64,000 nucleotides of DNA from Flavobacteriales bacterium (GCA_026129465.1 JAHCIA010000001.1:2885503-2949502), one strand, 5' to 3'; shown: positions 45,807 to 56,295, numbered from the stretch's first letter. The notes: generated by a model not told the origin, from the letters alone. Program-made: numbers and translations.

Positions 45807-46424
45807 TCAGAAGCGTGCCACCAATCCACCCTGCACCACGCTCTTGGCACCGCCCACCTCGGCATAGACGCCTATGTTGCTGGCCAGGAAGTATCGCGCG
45901 CCCAGCGTGAACTCGAAGCCGAAGGGCATCAAGCTCTTCAGTTCCACGCCGCTGCCACCATGGGGCCCCGTGGAACTCAATTCCCAGTTGGCGTCGCGGT
46001 AGCCCAGCCCGAAACCGAAGTAGGGGTCGAAGCGATCGCTGTTGCCGAAGTGGTAGTTCAGGCGGGCCAGGGCACTCCAGGTGGAACGCTTGGTGGATTC
46101 ATGATAGTAGTTGATGTTGCTCTGCTCATCCGTCACATCGTAGCGGTATGACCATTCGTTGACGGCATAGGCCAGGTTGAGGCCCAGCCCGATGCGGTCG
46201 GTCACGGCGTATTCGTACTTCAGGTAGAGCGGCCCGACCCCCTTGTGGTCGAGGTCCAGGTAGTCGTCGAAGCTCCGATTCAGGTTGCCCAGGAAGGTCA
46301 CGGCGCCGTGGCCCACGGAGATGGCATGGCCGCCTTCCCGGAAGCCCTGGGCCTGCAGGGTGGTGTGGCCCATCATGCCGGCAAGGGCACCGAGGGCGAT
46401 GAAGGATCTGATGTTGGTTCGCAT
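45807..46424 (-). CDS. outer-membrane beta-barrel (porin-family/OmpW-like) protein
   Basis: Signal peptide MRTNIRSFIALGALAGMMGHTTLQAQG. C-terminal ...GGLVARF. Confidence 0.75.
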   Translation of the reverse strand: MRTNIRSFIALGALAGMMGHTTLQAQGFREGGHAISVGHGAVTFLGNLNRSFDDYLDLDHKGVGPLYLKYEYAVTDRIGLGLNLAYAVNEWSYRYDVTDEQSNINYYHESTKRSTWSALARLNYHFGNSDRFDPYFGFGLGYRDANWELSSTGPHGGSGVELKSLMPFGFEFTLGARYFLASNIGVYAEVGGAKSVVQGGLVARF

Positions 46425-46526
46425 GGTGTTGTGAGTTGTTCGAGGCTTGTGACGCCCGGGCCGTTCGCTTGTTACAGGCCCATGATCCGCCCAGCCGATA
46501 CCTTCGCCGACCGTTGGTCCCATCGC

Positions 46527-48611
46527 ATGAAACCGCCTACCCGCCACACCGTCACCGCCGCGCTGCCTTACGCCAACGGCCCGCTGCACATCGGCCACAT
46601 CGCGGGGGCCTACCTGCCGGCCGACATCTACGTGCGCAGCTTGCGCCAGCGGGGCAAGGAGGTGCTTTTCGTCTGTGGCAGCGATGAGCATGGCGCGGCC
46701 ATCACCATGCGGGCCATCAAGGAGGGCACCACCCCGCAGGCCATCGTGGACAAGTACCACGCGCTCATGGGCCGGGCCTTCACCGACTTCGGCATCCACT
46801 TCGACATCTACCACCGCACCAGCAGCGCTCTGCACAAGGAAACCTCGCAGGCGTTCTTCCTGCGATTGCACGAGCAGGGCGCCTTCACCGAACAGCGTGA
46901 GGAGCAGTACTACGATGAGGAGGCGAAGCAATTCCTGGCCGACCGTTACATCATGGGCACCTGCCCCAAATGCGCCAACCCCGATGCCTATGGCGACCAG
47001 TGCGAGAAGTGTGGGAGTGCGCTCAGTCCCAAGGACCTCATCGATCCGCGCAGCACGCTCAGCGGCGCCAAGCCCGTGCTGCGCCACACCAGCCACTGGT
47101 ACCTGCCCATGGAGCGCAGCCAGCAGTGGATGGAGGACTGGATCAACACCGGTAAGCTTGACGGCGACCAGCAGCACGATCCCACCGAGTGGAAACCGCA
47201 GGTGCTGGGCCAGTGCAACAGCTGGCTGAAGGACGGCCTGCGCCCGCGCGCCATGACACGCGATCTGGATTGGGGCGTGCCCGTGCCGCTGCCCAATGCG
47301 GACGGCAAGGTGCTGTACGTATGGCTGGATGCGCCCATCGGCTACATCAGCGCGACGAAGCAGTGGGCCCTGGAAAATGGCGAGGACTGGGAGAAGTGGT
47401 GGAAAGCGGATGATACCCGCCTGCTGCACTTCATCGGCAAGGACAACATCGTCTTCCACTGCATCATCTTCCCCATCCTGCTGAAGCTGCACGGTGGCTT
47501 CGTGCTGCCACAGAACGTGCCAGCCAATGAGTTCCTCAACCTCGAAGGGCGGAAGATCAGTACCAGCCGCAACTGGGCTGTGTGGCTGCATGAATACCTG
47601 GAGCGCTGGCCCGGCCGGCAGGACGAGTTGCGCTACGCGCTGGCCACCATCCTGCCCGAGTTCCGCGACAGCGAGTTCACTTGGAAGGACTTCCAGGACA
47701 AGAACAACAACGAACTGGTGGCCATCCTGGGGAACTTCGTGCAGCGCGTGTTCGTGCTGAGCCACAAGTACTACGGTGGCAAGGCGCCGGCCAGCGTGGG
47801 CAACATTGACCTGGATGTGGCGCTGTGGAGCGCGATCCACGCCCAGGTGGAGGAGGTGGCCGCGCAGGTGGACGCCTTCCGTTTCCGCGATGCGCTGCTG
47901 GCCGCGATGAACGTGGCGCGCGCCGGCAACAAGTACCTCAGCGACAACGAGCCTTGGAAGCTGGAAAAGACCGATCCGGACCGCACGCGTACCATCCTGC
48001 TCAACAGCCTGAATGTGGCGGCCGTGCTAAGCATCGTGTTGGAGCCCTTCCTGCCCCACACCACCGCCACGCTGCGTCGCATGCTGGGCATCGGCACACT
48101 GCCTTGGGGGGACGCCTTCCGTACGGACCTCATCGGCCCCGGCCAGGAGTTGGGCAAGCCCGAACACCTTTTCAAACCCATTACCGACGTGGAGATCCAG
48201 CCGGAGATCGATCGTCTACACGCCACCGCACCCTTGGAGCAACCTTCAACCTCTCAACCCTCAACGTCTCAACCTGCCAAGCCTCCGATCACCTTCGACG
48301 ACTTCACCAAGCTGGACCTGCGCGTGGGCACGATCGTGGCGGCGGAGAAGGTGCCGAAAGCCGACAAGCTGCTGAAACTTGCGATCGACATCGGTGAAGC
48401 GGAACCGCGCACGGTGGTCAGTGGCATCGCCATGCACTACGCGCCCGAGCAGTTGCCCGGCCAACAGGTGGTGCTGGTGGCCAATCTGGAGCCGCGCAAG
48501 ATGCGTGGGGTGGAAAGCCAGGGCATGGTGCTGATGGCCGAGGATGCCGATGGAAGGCTCGTGTTCGTAGAGCCCAAGGAGGTGGTGAAGCCAGGTGGGG
48601 AGGTCCGGTAG
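46527..48611 (+). CDS. metG: methionine--tRNA ligase with a C-terminal tRNA-binding (Trbp111/EMAP-like) domain
   Basis: ALPYANGPLHIGH (HIGH), Zn knuckle CPKCANPDAYGDQCEKCG, KISTSRN (KMSKS variant), C-terminal LDLRVGTIV...VVSGI. Confidence 0.95.
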   Translation: MKPPTRHTVTAALPYANGPLHIGHIAGAYLPADIYVRSLRQRGKEVLFVCGSDEHGAAITMRAIKEGTTPQAIVDKYHALMGRAFTDFGIHFDIYHRTSSALHKETSQAFFLRLHEQGAFTEQREEQYYDEEAKQFLADRYIMGTCPKCANPDAYGDQCEKCGSALSPKDLIDPRSTLSGAKPVLRHTSHWYLPMERSQQWMEDWINTGKLDGDQQHDPTEWKPQVLGQCNSWLKDGLRPRAMTRDLDWGVPVPLPNADGKVLYVWLDAPIGYISATKQWALENGEDWEKWWKADDTRLLHFIGKDNIVFHCIIFPILLKLHGGFVLPQNVPANEFLNLEGRKISTSRNWAVWLHEYLERWPGRQDELRYALATILPEFRDSEFTWKDFQDKNNNELVAILGNFVQRVFVLSHKYYGGKAPASVGNIDLDVALWSAIHAQVEEVAAQVDAFRFRDALLAAMNVARAGNKYLSDNEPWKLEKTDPDRTRTILLNSLNVAAVLSIVLEPFLPHTTATLRRMLGIGTLPWGDAFRTDLIGPGQELGKPEHLFKPITDVEIQPEIDRLHATAPLEQPSTSQPSTSQPAKPPITFDDFTKLDLRVGTIVAAEKVPKADKLLKLAIDIGEAEPRTVVSGIAMHYAPEQLPGQQVVLVANLEPRKMRGVESQGMVLMAEDADGRLVFVEPKEVVKPGGEVR

Positions 48612-48621
48612 GGCCGGGTTC

Positions 48622-48629
48622 TATCTTTG
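48622..48629 (+). promoter_or_regulatory. candidate -7 box TATCTTTG just upstream of the antitoxin ATG
   Basis: Exact TAnnTTTG match, only 4 nt before ATG 48634. That would imply a leaderless or near-leaderless transcript. Confidence 0.25.
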
Positions 48630-48633
48630 GTTC

Positions 48634-48906
48634 ATGGCGACCGACAAGACCAAGCTGGAGATCGTCAAGAAGGTGCTCGCCTTGACGGATGAGACGGCCT
48701 TGGAGAACCTGCATGCTTTCCTCACGGCGGAACCTGCGGCTCCATGGGGCGATCTGCCAACTGAAGTGCGAGCGTCACTTGAGCGCAGCATGCAGCAACT
48801 CGACCGGGGAGAAGGACGGTCGCACGAAGCGGTGATGGCCAACGCAAGATCATGGTCGAAAGCATCCGCTGGGCGCCGGAAGCAGAAGCGGGCTTCCTCC
48901 AAGTGA
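48634..48906 (+). CDS. putative antitoxin of the ParE/RelE pair
   Basis: Small acidic/helical protein directly upstream of the toxin. Overlaps the toxin start by 55 nt. Confidence 0.55.
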   Translation: MATDKTKLEIVKKVLALTDETALENLHAFLTAEPAAPWGDLPTEVRASLERSMQQLDRGEGRSHEAVMANARSWSKASAGRRKQKRASSK

Positions 48907-49151
48907 TCGCTTACCTGCGTGCTGAATGGTCCGAGCGCGAGGCGATGCGTTTCATCCAACGCACGGATACCATGGTGCGCATGCTGATGCGCTTTCCGGG
49001 CATGTCGCGCAAAGGCCGCAAGGGCACACGAGAAGTGCTTGTCACCAAGCACAACATCATGTGTTTCCGGGTGAAAGGGAGCGAATTGCAGATCGTGGGC
49101 TTCTGGGACACACGCCAACATCCACGGAGAAGGAGGATCACCCCGCCGTGA
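48852..49151 (+). CDS. type II toxin-antitoxin system RelE/ParE-family toxin
   Basis: Pattern I(R/I)W...A...F..I..YL...WSERE...F...LVTKHN..CFRVKG.ELQIVGFWDTRQHP, as in Bacteroidota ParE-like toxins. Confidence 0.75.
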   Translation: MVESIRWAPEAEAGFLQVIAYLRAEWSEREAMRFIQRTDTMVRMLMRFPGMSRKGRKGTREVLVTKHNIMCFRVKGSELQIVGFWDTRQHPRRRRITPP

Positions 49152-49157
49152 CCACCT

Positions 49158-50027
<870 letters not shown>

Positions 50028-50060
50028 GGGGGTGGTCGCTTGTGGTCCAGTAGGCGGTCG

Positions 50061-50630
50061 TCACGCGCGTTTCTCCGCGTACACGAAGTAGTAGCTCGGA
50101 TAGAGGAATCGCAGGAAGGGCCGGATGCCTAAAGCGAGCCGTGGTGGCGAGGCCCAGGGCTCCCTGCGCAGGATGGTCCAGCCGCTTTTCTCAAGCAGCC
50201 AGTCGAATTGACGGGGCTCGAACTCATGGTAGTGGCGGTCCCAAGGGTCGGTCTTGCTCCACCAGGCTTTGGCGAACCACACTTTCAGCGGCACGGAGCA
50301 GACCAGCTTGATGCAGCCCCCTGGAGGTGGCTGCACATGACGCAACAGGTTGAAAGGTGCCAGCAGGTGCTCGAACACCTCGAATGAAGTGATGCAGGTG
50401 ATGTCGCTGAGGTCGAGCCTGGCATGGTCCAGGTCCAGGTCTTCGCCTTGCGTGTTGCGCACAGCGAATCCCTTGTCCCGCATCATGCGCGAAAATGGAT
50501 TGGGTACGCCCAGGTCCATGATGCGTTCTTCTCGGCCGATGCAGCTTTCGAGAAAAGCCATCGTTCTGCGGTAGCGCCGATCGGGCACGCGCCCCGCGTA
50601 CATGCGTTCGCCTTCAGCTTCTGTGGACAT
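50061..50630 (-). CDS. small class-I SAM-dependent methyltransferase-like protein
   Basis: IMDLGVPNP (motif-I-like) and SFEVFEHL (motif-II-like). First ATG at 50630 (the ORF-track start is TTG). Confidence 0.55.
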   Translation of the reverse strand: MSTEAEGERMYAGRVPDRRYRRTMAFLESCIGREERIMDLGVPNPFSRMMRDKGFAVRNTQGEDLDLDHARLDLSDITCITSFEVFEHLLAPFNLLRHVQPPPGGCIKLVCSVPLKVWFAKAWWSKTDPWDRHYHEFEPRQFDWLLEKSGWTILRREPWASPPRLALGIRPFLRFLYPSYYFVYAEKRA

Positions 50631-50654
50631 GCGCGTGCTCAAAGGTACCGGCGC

Positions 50655-52562
50655 TCAATCCCTCGCGATGACGAGGGGTTGTGCGATGCTGTTCCCATTC
50701 ACCCGTATCAGCACCATGTACATTCCTGTTGCCAACCCCTCCAAGGCGATCGGCGTCCCCAGGTCGTGCGCGGCGAACGACCGCACGGGTCTTCCGTCCT
50801 GGTGCCTCAGTTCCACATCGGCACGCGGCAGCGGGCCTTCAATGCGGAAGTGGTCCGCGGCTGGGTTGGGCAGGATGCGCCAGGCATCGCGTTCCAGCGT
50901 TCCCACATCCACGGTGGCGAGGTCCAGCACATTGATATCGTCCAGAAATAGGTCGTTGCCGCCACCGCTGGTGAAGGCGAAGCGCACCACCACATTGTCC
51001 GTGCGGTAGGGCTGCGGAATGTTCACGATCAGCTCCTCGCGCCAGTTCTCGTAGGCGGGTATGAAGCCCTGTCCGCCCGTGGGTGGTGCGGTGGCCAGTT
51101 CCGCACCGATAAGCGTGCGGCGCACCAGCCAGGAGGTGCCACAATCCCGGCTGATGCTCACCACAAGTTTGTCGTTGTCGCTTGGCTGGCGCTGCGCATG
51201 CGCGATGCGGAAGCGGATCACCGGGTCGGGTACCTGCGAGAGATCGAGGCGAGGCGTGTGCAGCGTGTACAATTCGCCTGGCGCGACATTCACCACGCGC
51301 ACCGATCGGAAGCCGGAAGCGGCCGCCATGTCGGTGAGTTCCCAGCAGGGACCCGCATCGCATTGGTTGAACAGATCGCTCGCCTCCAGCGCGGGCATGC
51401 CTTCGAAGCCTTCGATATAGGGCAATGGAATGCCCGTGCTCTCCAACATGCGGAAGAAGCGCGGCCTGGTCACGGACATGTTGTTCGCGCCATCGCCCAC
51501 GTCCAGGGTCACATCGAAATGACCGCTGCCGTTGTAGGTGAAGACCGGATCGCGATCGGTGAGGACGGGTCCTTCGCCCGTGTTCCATGCCCAGCTGATG
51601 GGGTCGTGGTAGGAGGCGTCTTCCAGGCGAACGACATCCCCCGCACAGAAGAGACGACGCGGTGCCCGGAAGTCGGCTTTGCACAGGCCCTGGACGTCCG
51701 CGAGTCCCGTGAACGCGAGATTCTCCGGGGTCCACAGGTTGTCGCGCCCGGCCACAGGACTGTTCAGCGCGGCATGCACGCGTGCTTTCTGGCCTTCGGT
51801 GAACATGCGTGCGCAGTAGGCGTAGTCCATGAAGTTCTGCACGTTGTCCACCTGCCCGTCGCAACTGGTGGCGTTCAGATTGCACACGCTCCAGCCGATG
51901 GTGGCCGGGGTGTCGTCCACCTCATCGCCGATGTCGCAATTCTCCGCCAGGCCCACCGGTTGGTAGAAGAAGCCCGGCACATTGTTCCCGCCCCATACGT
52001 GGTAGAGATCCAGGTAGTGGCCGGCCTCGTGCGAGAGCACCACCGAACGAAGATCGTCGCTGGTGCCGATATTGCCGAAATAGCTGCCTTGGATCACGAT
52101 GCCATCCCAATGGGGCTCCTGTGCGGCCTGGGAAGGCATGAGCGCGTGGCCCGCCAGGCCCGCCGCGCCGCGCGTCACATAGATGTTCAGGTAGCGGTCG
52201 GGCGGCCATTGTGCCAGGCTCTTCACCTCGTGGTTGCCCGGCACGGTCAGTGGTGAACGGATCCGCTGTATGCCGCTGTGGCAGTTCCCCTGCGGATCGC
52301 GCCGTGCGAAGCCGAACTCCACCTCCATGTCCGCGGCGAGGGGTTTGAACATCGGTATGATGTCCACCGTGTCGGGATTCTGTTTGCGCCAGTTGCGCGT
52401 GAGGATCTCGATGCCATTGCGGATCTGCGCCTGCGAGATGTTCTCGGTCCCATCGTCATGGACCACATGCACCACCACGGGAATGCGATATGGCGATTGG
52501 GCCTGGAGCGGCTTGGCCAAAAGCAGCATGGCGGGGAGGGCGAGAATGGATGTGCGAAGCAT
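50655..52562 (-). CDS. M43 (pappalysin/ulilysin-like) zinc metalloprotease with a T9SS type-A C-terminal domain
   Basis: HEAGHYLDLYH zinc motif, NFMDY Met-turn region, C-terminus ILPNPAADHFRIEG...GMYMVLI. Confidence 0.8.
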   Translation of the reverse strand: MLRTSILALPAMLLLAKPLQAQSPYRIPVVVHVVHDDGTENISQAQIRNGIEILTRNWRKQNPDTVDIIPMFKPLAADMEVEFGFARRDPQGNCHSGIQRIRSPLTVPGNHEVKSLAQWPPDRYLNIYVTRGAAGLAGHALMPSQAAQEPHWDGIVIQGSYFGNIGTSDDLRSVVLSHEAGHYLDLYHVWGGNNVPGFFYQPVGLAENCDIGDEVDDTPATIGWSVCNLNATSCDGQVDNVQNFMDYAYCARMFTEGQKARVHAALNSPVAGRDNLWTPENLAFTGLADVQGLCKADFRAPRRLFCAGDVVRLEDASYHDPISWAWNTGEGPVLTDRDPVFTYNGSGHFDVTLDVGDGANNMSVTRPRFFRMLESTGIPLPYIEGFEGMPALEASDLFNQCDAGPCWELTDMAAASGFRSVRVVNVAPGELYTLHTPRLDLSQVPDPVIRFRIAHAQRQPSDNDKLVVSISRDCGTSWLVRRTLIGAELATAPPTGGQGFIPAYENWREELIVNIPQPYRTDNVVVRFAFTSGGGNDLFLDDINVLDLATVDVGTLERDAWRILPNPAADHFRIEGPLPRADVELRHQDGRPVRSFAAHDLGTPIALEGLATGMYMVLIRVNGNSIAQPLVIARD

Positions 52563-52591
52563 GCCGCAAAGTAGTCCGGGATACCGGAGAC

Positions 52592-53857
52592 TCAGCGCGT
52601 GAGCACCACCTTCACATGCCGTTGCCCCTCGTTGCTGTCCAGCACCACGTGCAGAAGCTGGGCGGCCAGATGTCCGAGGTCGGTGTTCCAGCGATGCTCC
52701 CCGGCGGTGGCGGATCCATCGAAGAAGCGGTGCACGATGCGGCCATCGGCGCCGAGCACATGCACCTTCAGCCAGGTGTCGCGTATCAGCCTGGCTTCCA
52801 CTTGGAGCATGCCGCCGGTGGGATTGGGTCGTACGCGCAATTCGTGCATTGGCGGTTCGATGGCGGCCGGCACGGAGGTGTTCACCGGTGTGCCGCGCCG
52901 GAAGACCTGGTTGCCGCTGATGAACGCCGTACTGTCATTGATCCACAGGAAGCGGTTGTGCTCGGTGCCAAGTACCGTCGCCCCCCAGCTTGCCCCGCCA
53001 TCGAGGCTCTCGAAAAGCAGGGAACCACCGCCGGTGTAAACATGGTCGTTGGTGAGTGCGCCGATGAGCTGGATGTAGCTGTAGAAGTCGGCCACGATGC
53101 CTTCGCTCCAGGTCAGGCCACCATCATCGGACCAGGCGTATCGCGTGTTGCCCAGCGCGGGATTGCCCACGATCGAAGCGTACCAGCGCTGCCCGTCGAT
53201 GGTGTGCAGTTTCCAGATGTACTCGCCGGTCTGGTTGGTCCGGTGGCGTTCGGTCCAGGTCTGTCCGCCGTCCGTGGTGCCGATGATCACCCCCCCGCCG
53301 TCGGCCTCGGGTGTTCTTCCGCAGGCCAGTCCGGTCATCGGATCGGTGAACCAGATGTCCACCAGGGCGCTGGCATGCGCGCTCATGTTCGCATGGCTCC
53401 AAGTGCTCCCGCCATCCTCGCTACGGATGATGAAGGCCGGACTGTTCCATATGCCACAACCAACTATCGTCAGCGGGTCCGGTGCGGTGAGTCCGCAGAT
53501 GCCGGGTATGGGCTGTGGCAGCAGCGGCGCGATGTTCACCCATTCGGCGCCGCCATCCAGCGTGCGCATCAACTTGCCGTTCAAGGTGCCTGCGAAGGCC
53601 TTCAGCGGATCGATCGCCAGCACGCTGCGCAGGTATCCCACCTGCGAGGCTTGCAGCTGCCAGCTGTCACCGCCGTCGGTGGTGTGGTGTATGGTGCCCG
53701 ATCCGTTCACCACCCAGCCGTGCAAGGGGTCCGCGAAATGGATGTCGTCATAGCGGCCCACGCCCATGGGCAGTGGCAGCATCTGCCATTGCGCGGCCAC
53801 TGGCGAAGCGAGAAGCGATCCGATGGCGATGAGGGAAGCGGGAATGGTAGGTGGCAT
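52592..53857 (-). CDS. BNR/Asp-box beta-propeller protein with a T9SS type-A C-terminal domain
   Basis: Five Asp-boxes (TTDGGDSW, SEDGGSTW, TTDGGQTW, SDDGGLTW, SLDGGASW). C-terminus VRPNPTGGMLQVEA. Confidence 0.75.
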   Translation of the reverse strand: MPPTIPASLIAIGSLLASPVAAQWQMLPLPMGVGRYDDIHFADPLHGWVVNGSGTIHHTTDGGDSWQLQASQVGYLRSVLAIDPLKAFAGTLNGKLMRTLDGGAEWVNIAPLLPQPIPGICGLTAPDPLTIVGCGIWNSPAFIIRSEDGGSTWSHANMSAHASALVDIWFTDPMTGLACGRTPEADGGGVIIGTTDGGQTWTERHRTNQTGEYIWKLHTIDGQRWYASIVGNPALGNTRYAWSDDGGLTWSEGIVADFYSYIQLIGALTNDHVYTGGGSLLFESLDGGASWGATVLGTEHNRFLWINDSTAFISGNQVFRRGTPVNTSVPAAIEPPMHELRVRPNPTGGMLQVEARLIRDTWLKVHVLGADGRIVHRFFDGSATAGEHRWNTDLGHLAAQLLHVVLDSNEGQRHVKVVLTR

Positions 53858-53903
53858 GTGTGGATCGTGATGGTCGGCGCAAGGTATCCGGCATGCGGGC
53901 TGG

Positions 53904-55151
53904 TCAACGCACCGTTGCCTGGACCACTTCGCCGTACAATTCCAGATAGCGCCGCGCCACGTTGCCCATCGCGAATTTTTCCTCGGCGCTACGGCGTGCG
54001 GCCCTCCTCAAGCCATCGCGGTCGGCATGGCCCAGGCACCATTGGATCGCTGCCGACAGTCCACCAGCATCCATCGCCTTGGCGAGTGCGCCGTTCACGT
54101 GGTGCTGCACCATGTCGGCGTTGCCACCGATATCGAAAGCGGCCACAGGCGTGCCGCAGGCGAGGCTTTCCACCACGGTGTTGCTCAGGTTCTCCTGCAG
54201 GGAGGGCAGCACGGTGACATCGGCGCAGTTGTAGAGCGCGCACAGGCTCGCATCATCGTGGAGATGGCCGAGGTAATGGGCGGGATGCCCCAGGTCCGGC
54301 GGGTCCATCGGGCGTTCGGCGCCGAAGACCACGAGTTCGGTGTCGCCTTCGGGCAGGGCGCGCAGCGCGGCGGCCAGTTGGATGAAGCCCTTGCGCAGGT
54401 CGCCCGTGGCGTTCACCGCGCCGAAGAGCACGAGCCGGCGGCCCTCGGGCAGACCCAGGGACCGGCGCGCGGCAAGGCGGTCCATGGGCTTGAAGATGTC
54501 CGTGTCGATCGGGTTGGGCAAGTGCACCACGCGCTTGTCGCGCAGCAACCGGCTCTTCGCCGCGCAGCGGGCCATCCAGCCGCTCAGGCCCACGATCGTG
54601 AGGTGCGGGAGTTGCTCGAAGGCGGCGAGTTTGCGTTCGAAGACCTCATGGCTCAGGTCATGCTCGCGCGGCGAGCCCAGAACCGGACAGGCTCCACAGT
54701 GGCTATCCCACTTGCCGCAGCCTTCATCGTAGTGGCAGCCACCGGTGAAGGCCCACATGTCGTGCAGCGACCACACCAACGGTTTGCGTATCGCGGCAAG
54801 GTCCTCCACGCGCAGCATGCCGCCGTTGATCCAGTGCAGATGCACCACGTCGGCGTCGCTGGCATTGATACGACGTACGACGCCCGACCAGGGCACATGG
54901 GCGGGGGAGAACATCACTTCGCGGCCACGTGGATAGCGCTTGATCGGCAGCATGTCCAGCGTGGGCCGCAGTCTTGCCCAGGCGTGGGCTGGACCTGGAG
55001 CGGGCCCCAGCACGTGCGGGTCGTCACTCTGCCGCTGCTGCACCAGCATGCGGGCGTCGGCGCCCTGGGAACGAAGTGCCAGCAACAGGCGCTGGGCGGC
55101 GCGCGCGGCGCCGCCTTTGATGTCCGTGGCGTTGACGAGCAATGGCCTCAT
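53904..55151 (-). CDS. GT4-family (GT-B) glycosyltransferase
   Basis: E-x7-E region PSLQENLSNTVVESLACGTPV. ATG 55151 overlaps the upstream stop (ATGA). Confidence 0.8.
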   Translation of the reverse strand: MRPLLVNATDIKGGAARAAQRLLLALRSQGADARMLVQQRQSDDPHVLGPAPGPAHAWARLRPTLDMLPIKRYPRGREVMFSPAHVPWSGVVRRINASDADVVHLHWINGGMLRVEDLAAIRKPLVWSLHDMWAFTGGCHYDEGCGKWDSHCGACPVLGSPREHDLSHEVFERKLAAFEQLPHLTIVGLSGWMARCAAKSRLLRDKRVVHLPNPIDTDIFKPMDRLAARRSLGLPEGRRLVLFGAVNATGDLRKGFIQLAAALRALPEGDTELVVFGAERPMDPPDLGHPAHYLGHLHDDASLCALYNCADVTVLPSLQENLSNTVVESLACGTPVAAFDIGGNADMVQHHVNGALAKAMDAGGLSAAIQWCLGHADRDGLRRAARRSAEEKFAMGNVARRYLELYGEVVQATVR

Positions 55152-56089
55152 GCACGTCGCAACAGGTTCGCGCTCCACCGATAGAGACGGTTCATGGCGC
55201 GGGTGCGGAAACTGTCGAGTACGAAGAAACGGCGGTCCAGCCAGGCTTCATAACCCCGGCCTTCCAGCGGGCCGCGAAGCGGGAAGACCATATCGCCACG
55301 CGGCAGGGCGGCATTGGGGTCATCCGGATTGGCCGTATGCGTGGCCTCCGCGCTGAAGCCGATGTTGGTGATCAGGTTCACGTGCGGGTAGAGGAAGTCC
55401 TGCCCGCGCCGCTGGCACATGAAGTTGAACTGGAAATCCCAGGTGTCTATCTCGCCCACCTGCACCGCGTCGAACACGGCCTTCAGGAAGCGCTTGGTGG
55501 CCTTGCTTTTCGCCGCGATGCGCGGCAGGACCTCGGGGTCGCCCGTCCAGTCCTTCATGTCCACATCATAGTGCCGCCATACACGACGCCAGCTGGCCCA
55601 ACCCCAGATCAGCGGATATCCGACGCGCCCGTATGTGTCCGCCGGATGCCTGCTGTGCACCGGCCGGTAGTCCCCGGTGATGCCCGCGATGTCCTCATCA
55701 TCCTTGTGCTTCTCCAGCAATTCGGCGCAGTAACGGAAGAAGCTCGGGCTGGGCAGGCAGTCGTCCTCGAGTATGATGCCGCGTTCCTCCTGCTCGAAGA
55801 ACCAGGTGATGGCACCGCTCACGGCACGTTTGCATCCGAGGTTCGCTTCGCGGAAGAGCGTGAGCGTTTCGCAGGGCCAGTCGATGCGTGTGAGGATCTC
55901 GCCGCGCAATGCACGCACCACATCGCCCTCGCCGTCGCGGTGCGCGCGTGGTCCGTCACTGGCGATGTAGAGTCGTGGCGGCCGTGCGGCACGGATGGCC
56001 TCGAACACACGCAGGGTGGTGTCCGGACGGTTGAAGATGAGGAACAGCACGGGTACGCCGCTGGGCGTTTCGGGAGCGCTCATGGTCAT
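55148..56089 (-). CDS. nucleotide-diphospho-sugar transferase-like protein (HlpA-like)
   Basis: VLFLIFNRPDTT...ASDGPR pattern recalled from GT-A-like HlpA-type proteins. Assignment is tentative. Confidence 0.5.
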   Translation of the reverse strand: MTMSAPETPSGVPVLFLIFNRPDTTLRVFEAIRAARPPRLYIASDGPRAHRDGEGDVVRALRGEILTRIDWPCETLTLFREANLGCKRAVSGAITWFFEQEERGIILEDDCLPSPSFFRYCAELLEKHKDDEDIAGITGDYRPVHSRHPADTYGRVGYPLIWGWASWRRVWRHYDVDMKDWTGDPEVLPRIAAKSKATKRFLKAVFDAVQVGEIDTWDFQFNFMCQRRGQDFLYPHVNLITNIGFSAEATHTANPDDPNAALPRGDMVFPLRGPLEGRGYEAWLDRRFFVLDSFRTRAMNRLYRWSANLLRRA

Positions 56090-56192
56090 TCTACGGCGCG
56101 AAGATGGCGCGCTGCTACGCGGCTTGGCGCCCGACCACCGTCGCGCGATGCACGAAGCGCTGTGGACGGCGGTCCGCAGCGGGCGAAGCATC

Positions 56193-56200
56193 TACTTTTG
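56193..56200 (+). promoter_or_regulatory. candidate -7 box TACTTTTG for tRNA-Arg
   Basis: Exact TAnnTTTG match, 11 nt upstream of tRNA position 1. Confidence 0.4.
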
Positions 56201-56211
56201 CCGCCGCAACA

Positions 56212-56283
56212 GGCCCCATAGTTCAACGGATAGAATAGGAGTTTCCTAAACTCTAGATCCAGGTTCGATTCCTGGTGGGGCTA
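56212..56283 (+). tRNA. tRNA-Arg (anticodon CCT)
   Basis: Hand-folded cloverleaf. Acceptor GGCCCCA/TGGGGCT, D-stem GTTC/GAAT, anticodon stem GGAGT/ACTCT with loop TTCCTAA, T-arm CCAGG-TTCGATT-CCTGG, discriminator A. No encoded CCA. Confidence 0.9.
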
Positions 56284-56295
56284 CAACCATGGACC

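Noticed and set aside
45807-47840. 677-aa minus-strand ORF from the track
   Set aside because: Only its last 205 codons (46424 to 45807) look real: a signal peptide plus a beta-barrel ending in Phe. The upstream 470 codons are the antisense of metG. They are Arg/Ala/Gly/His/Val-rich with no motifs, as expected for a high-GC shadow ORF.
48243-48272. 15-nt tandem duplication (PSTSQ x 2) in the metG linker
   Set aside because: It is a tiny slippage event in a disordered linker between the catalytic core and the tRNA-binding domain. I can infer no functional implication.
56090-56295. tRNA-Arg as a genomic-island integration site
   Set aside because: There is no integrase nearby, and I did not spot a direct repeat of the tRNA 3' end within the window. 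The flanking genes have normal GC.
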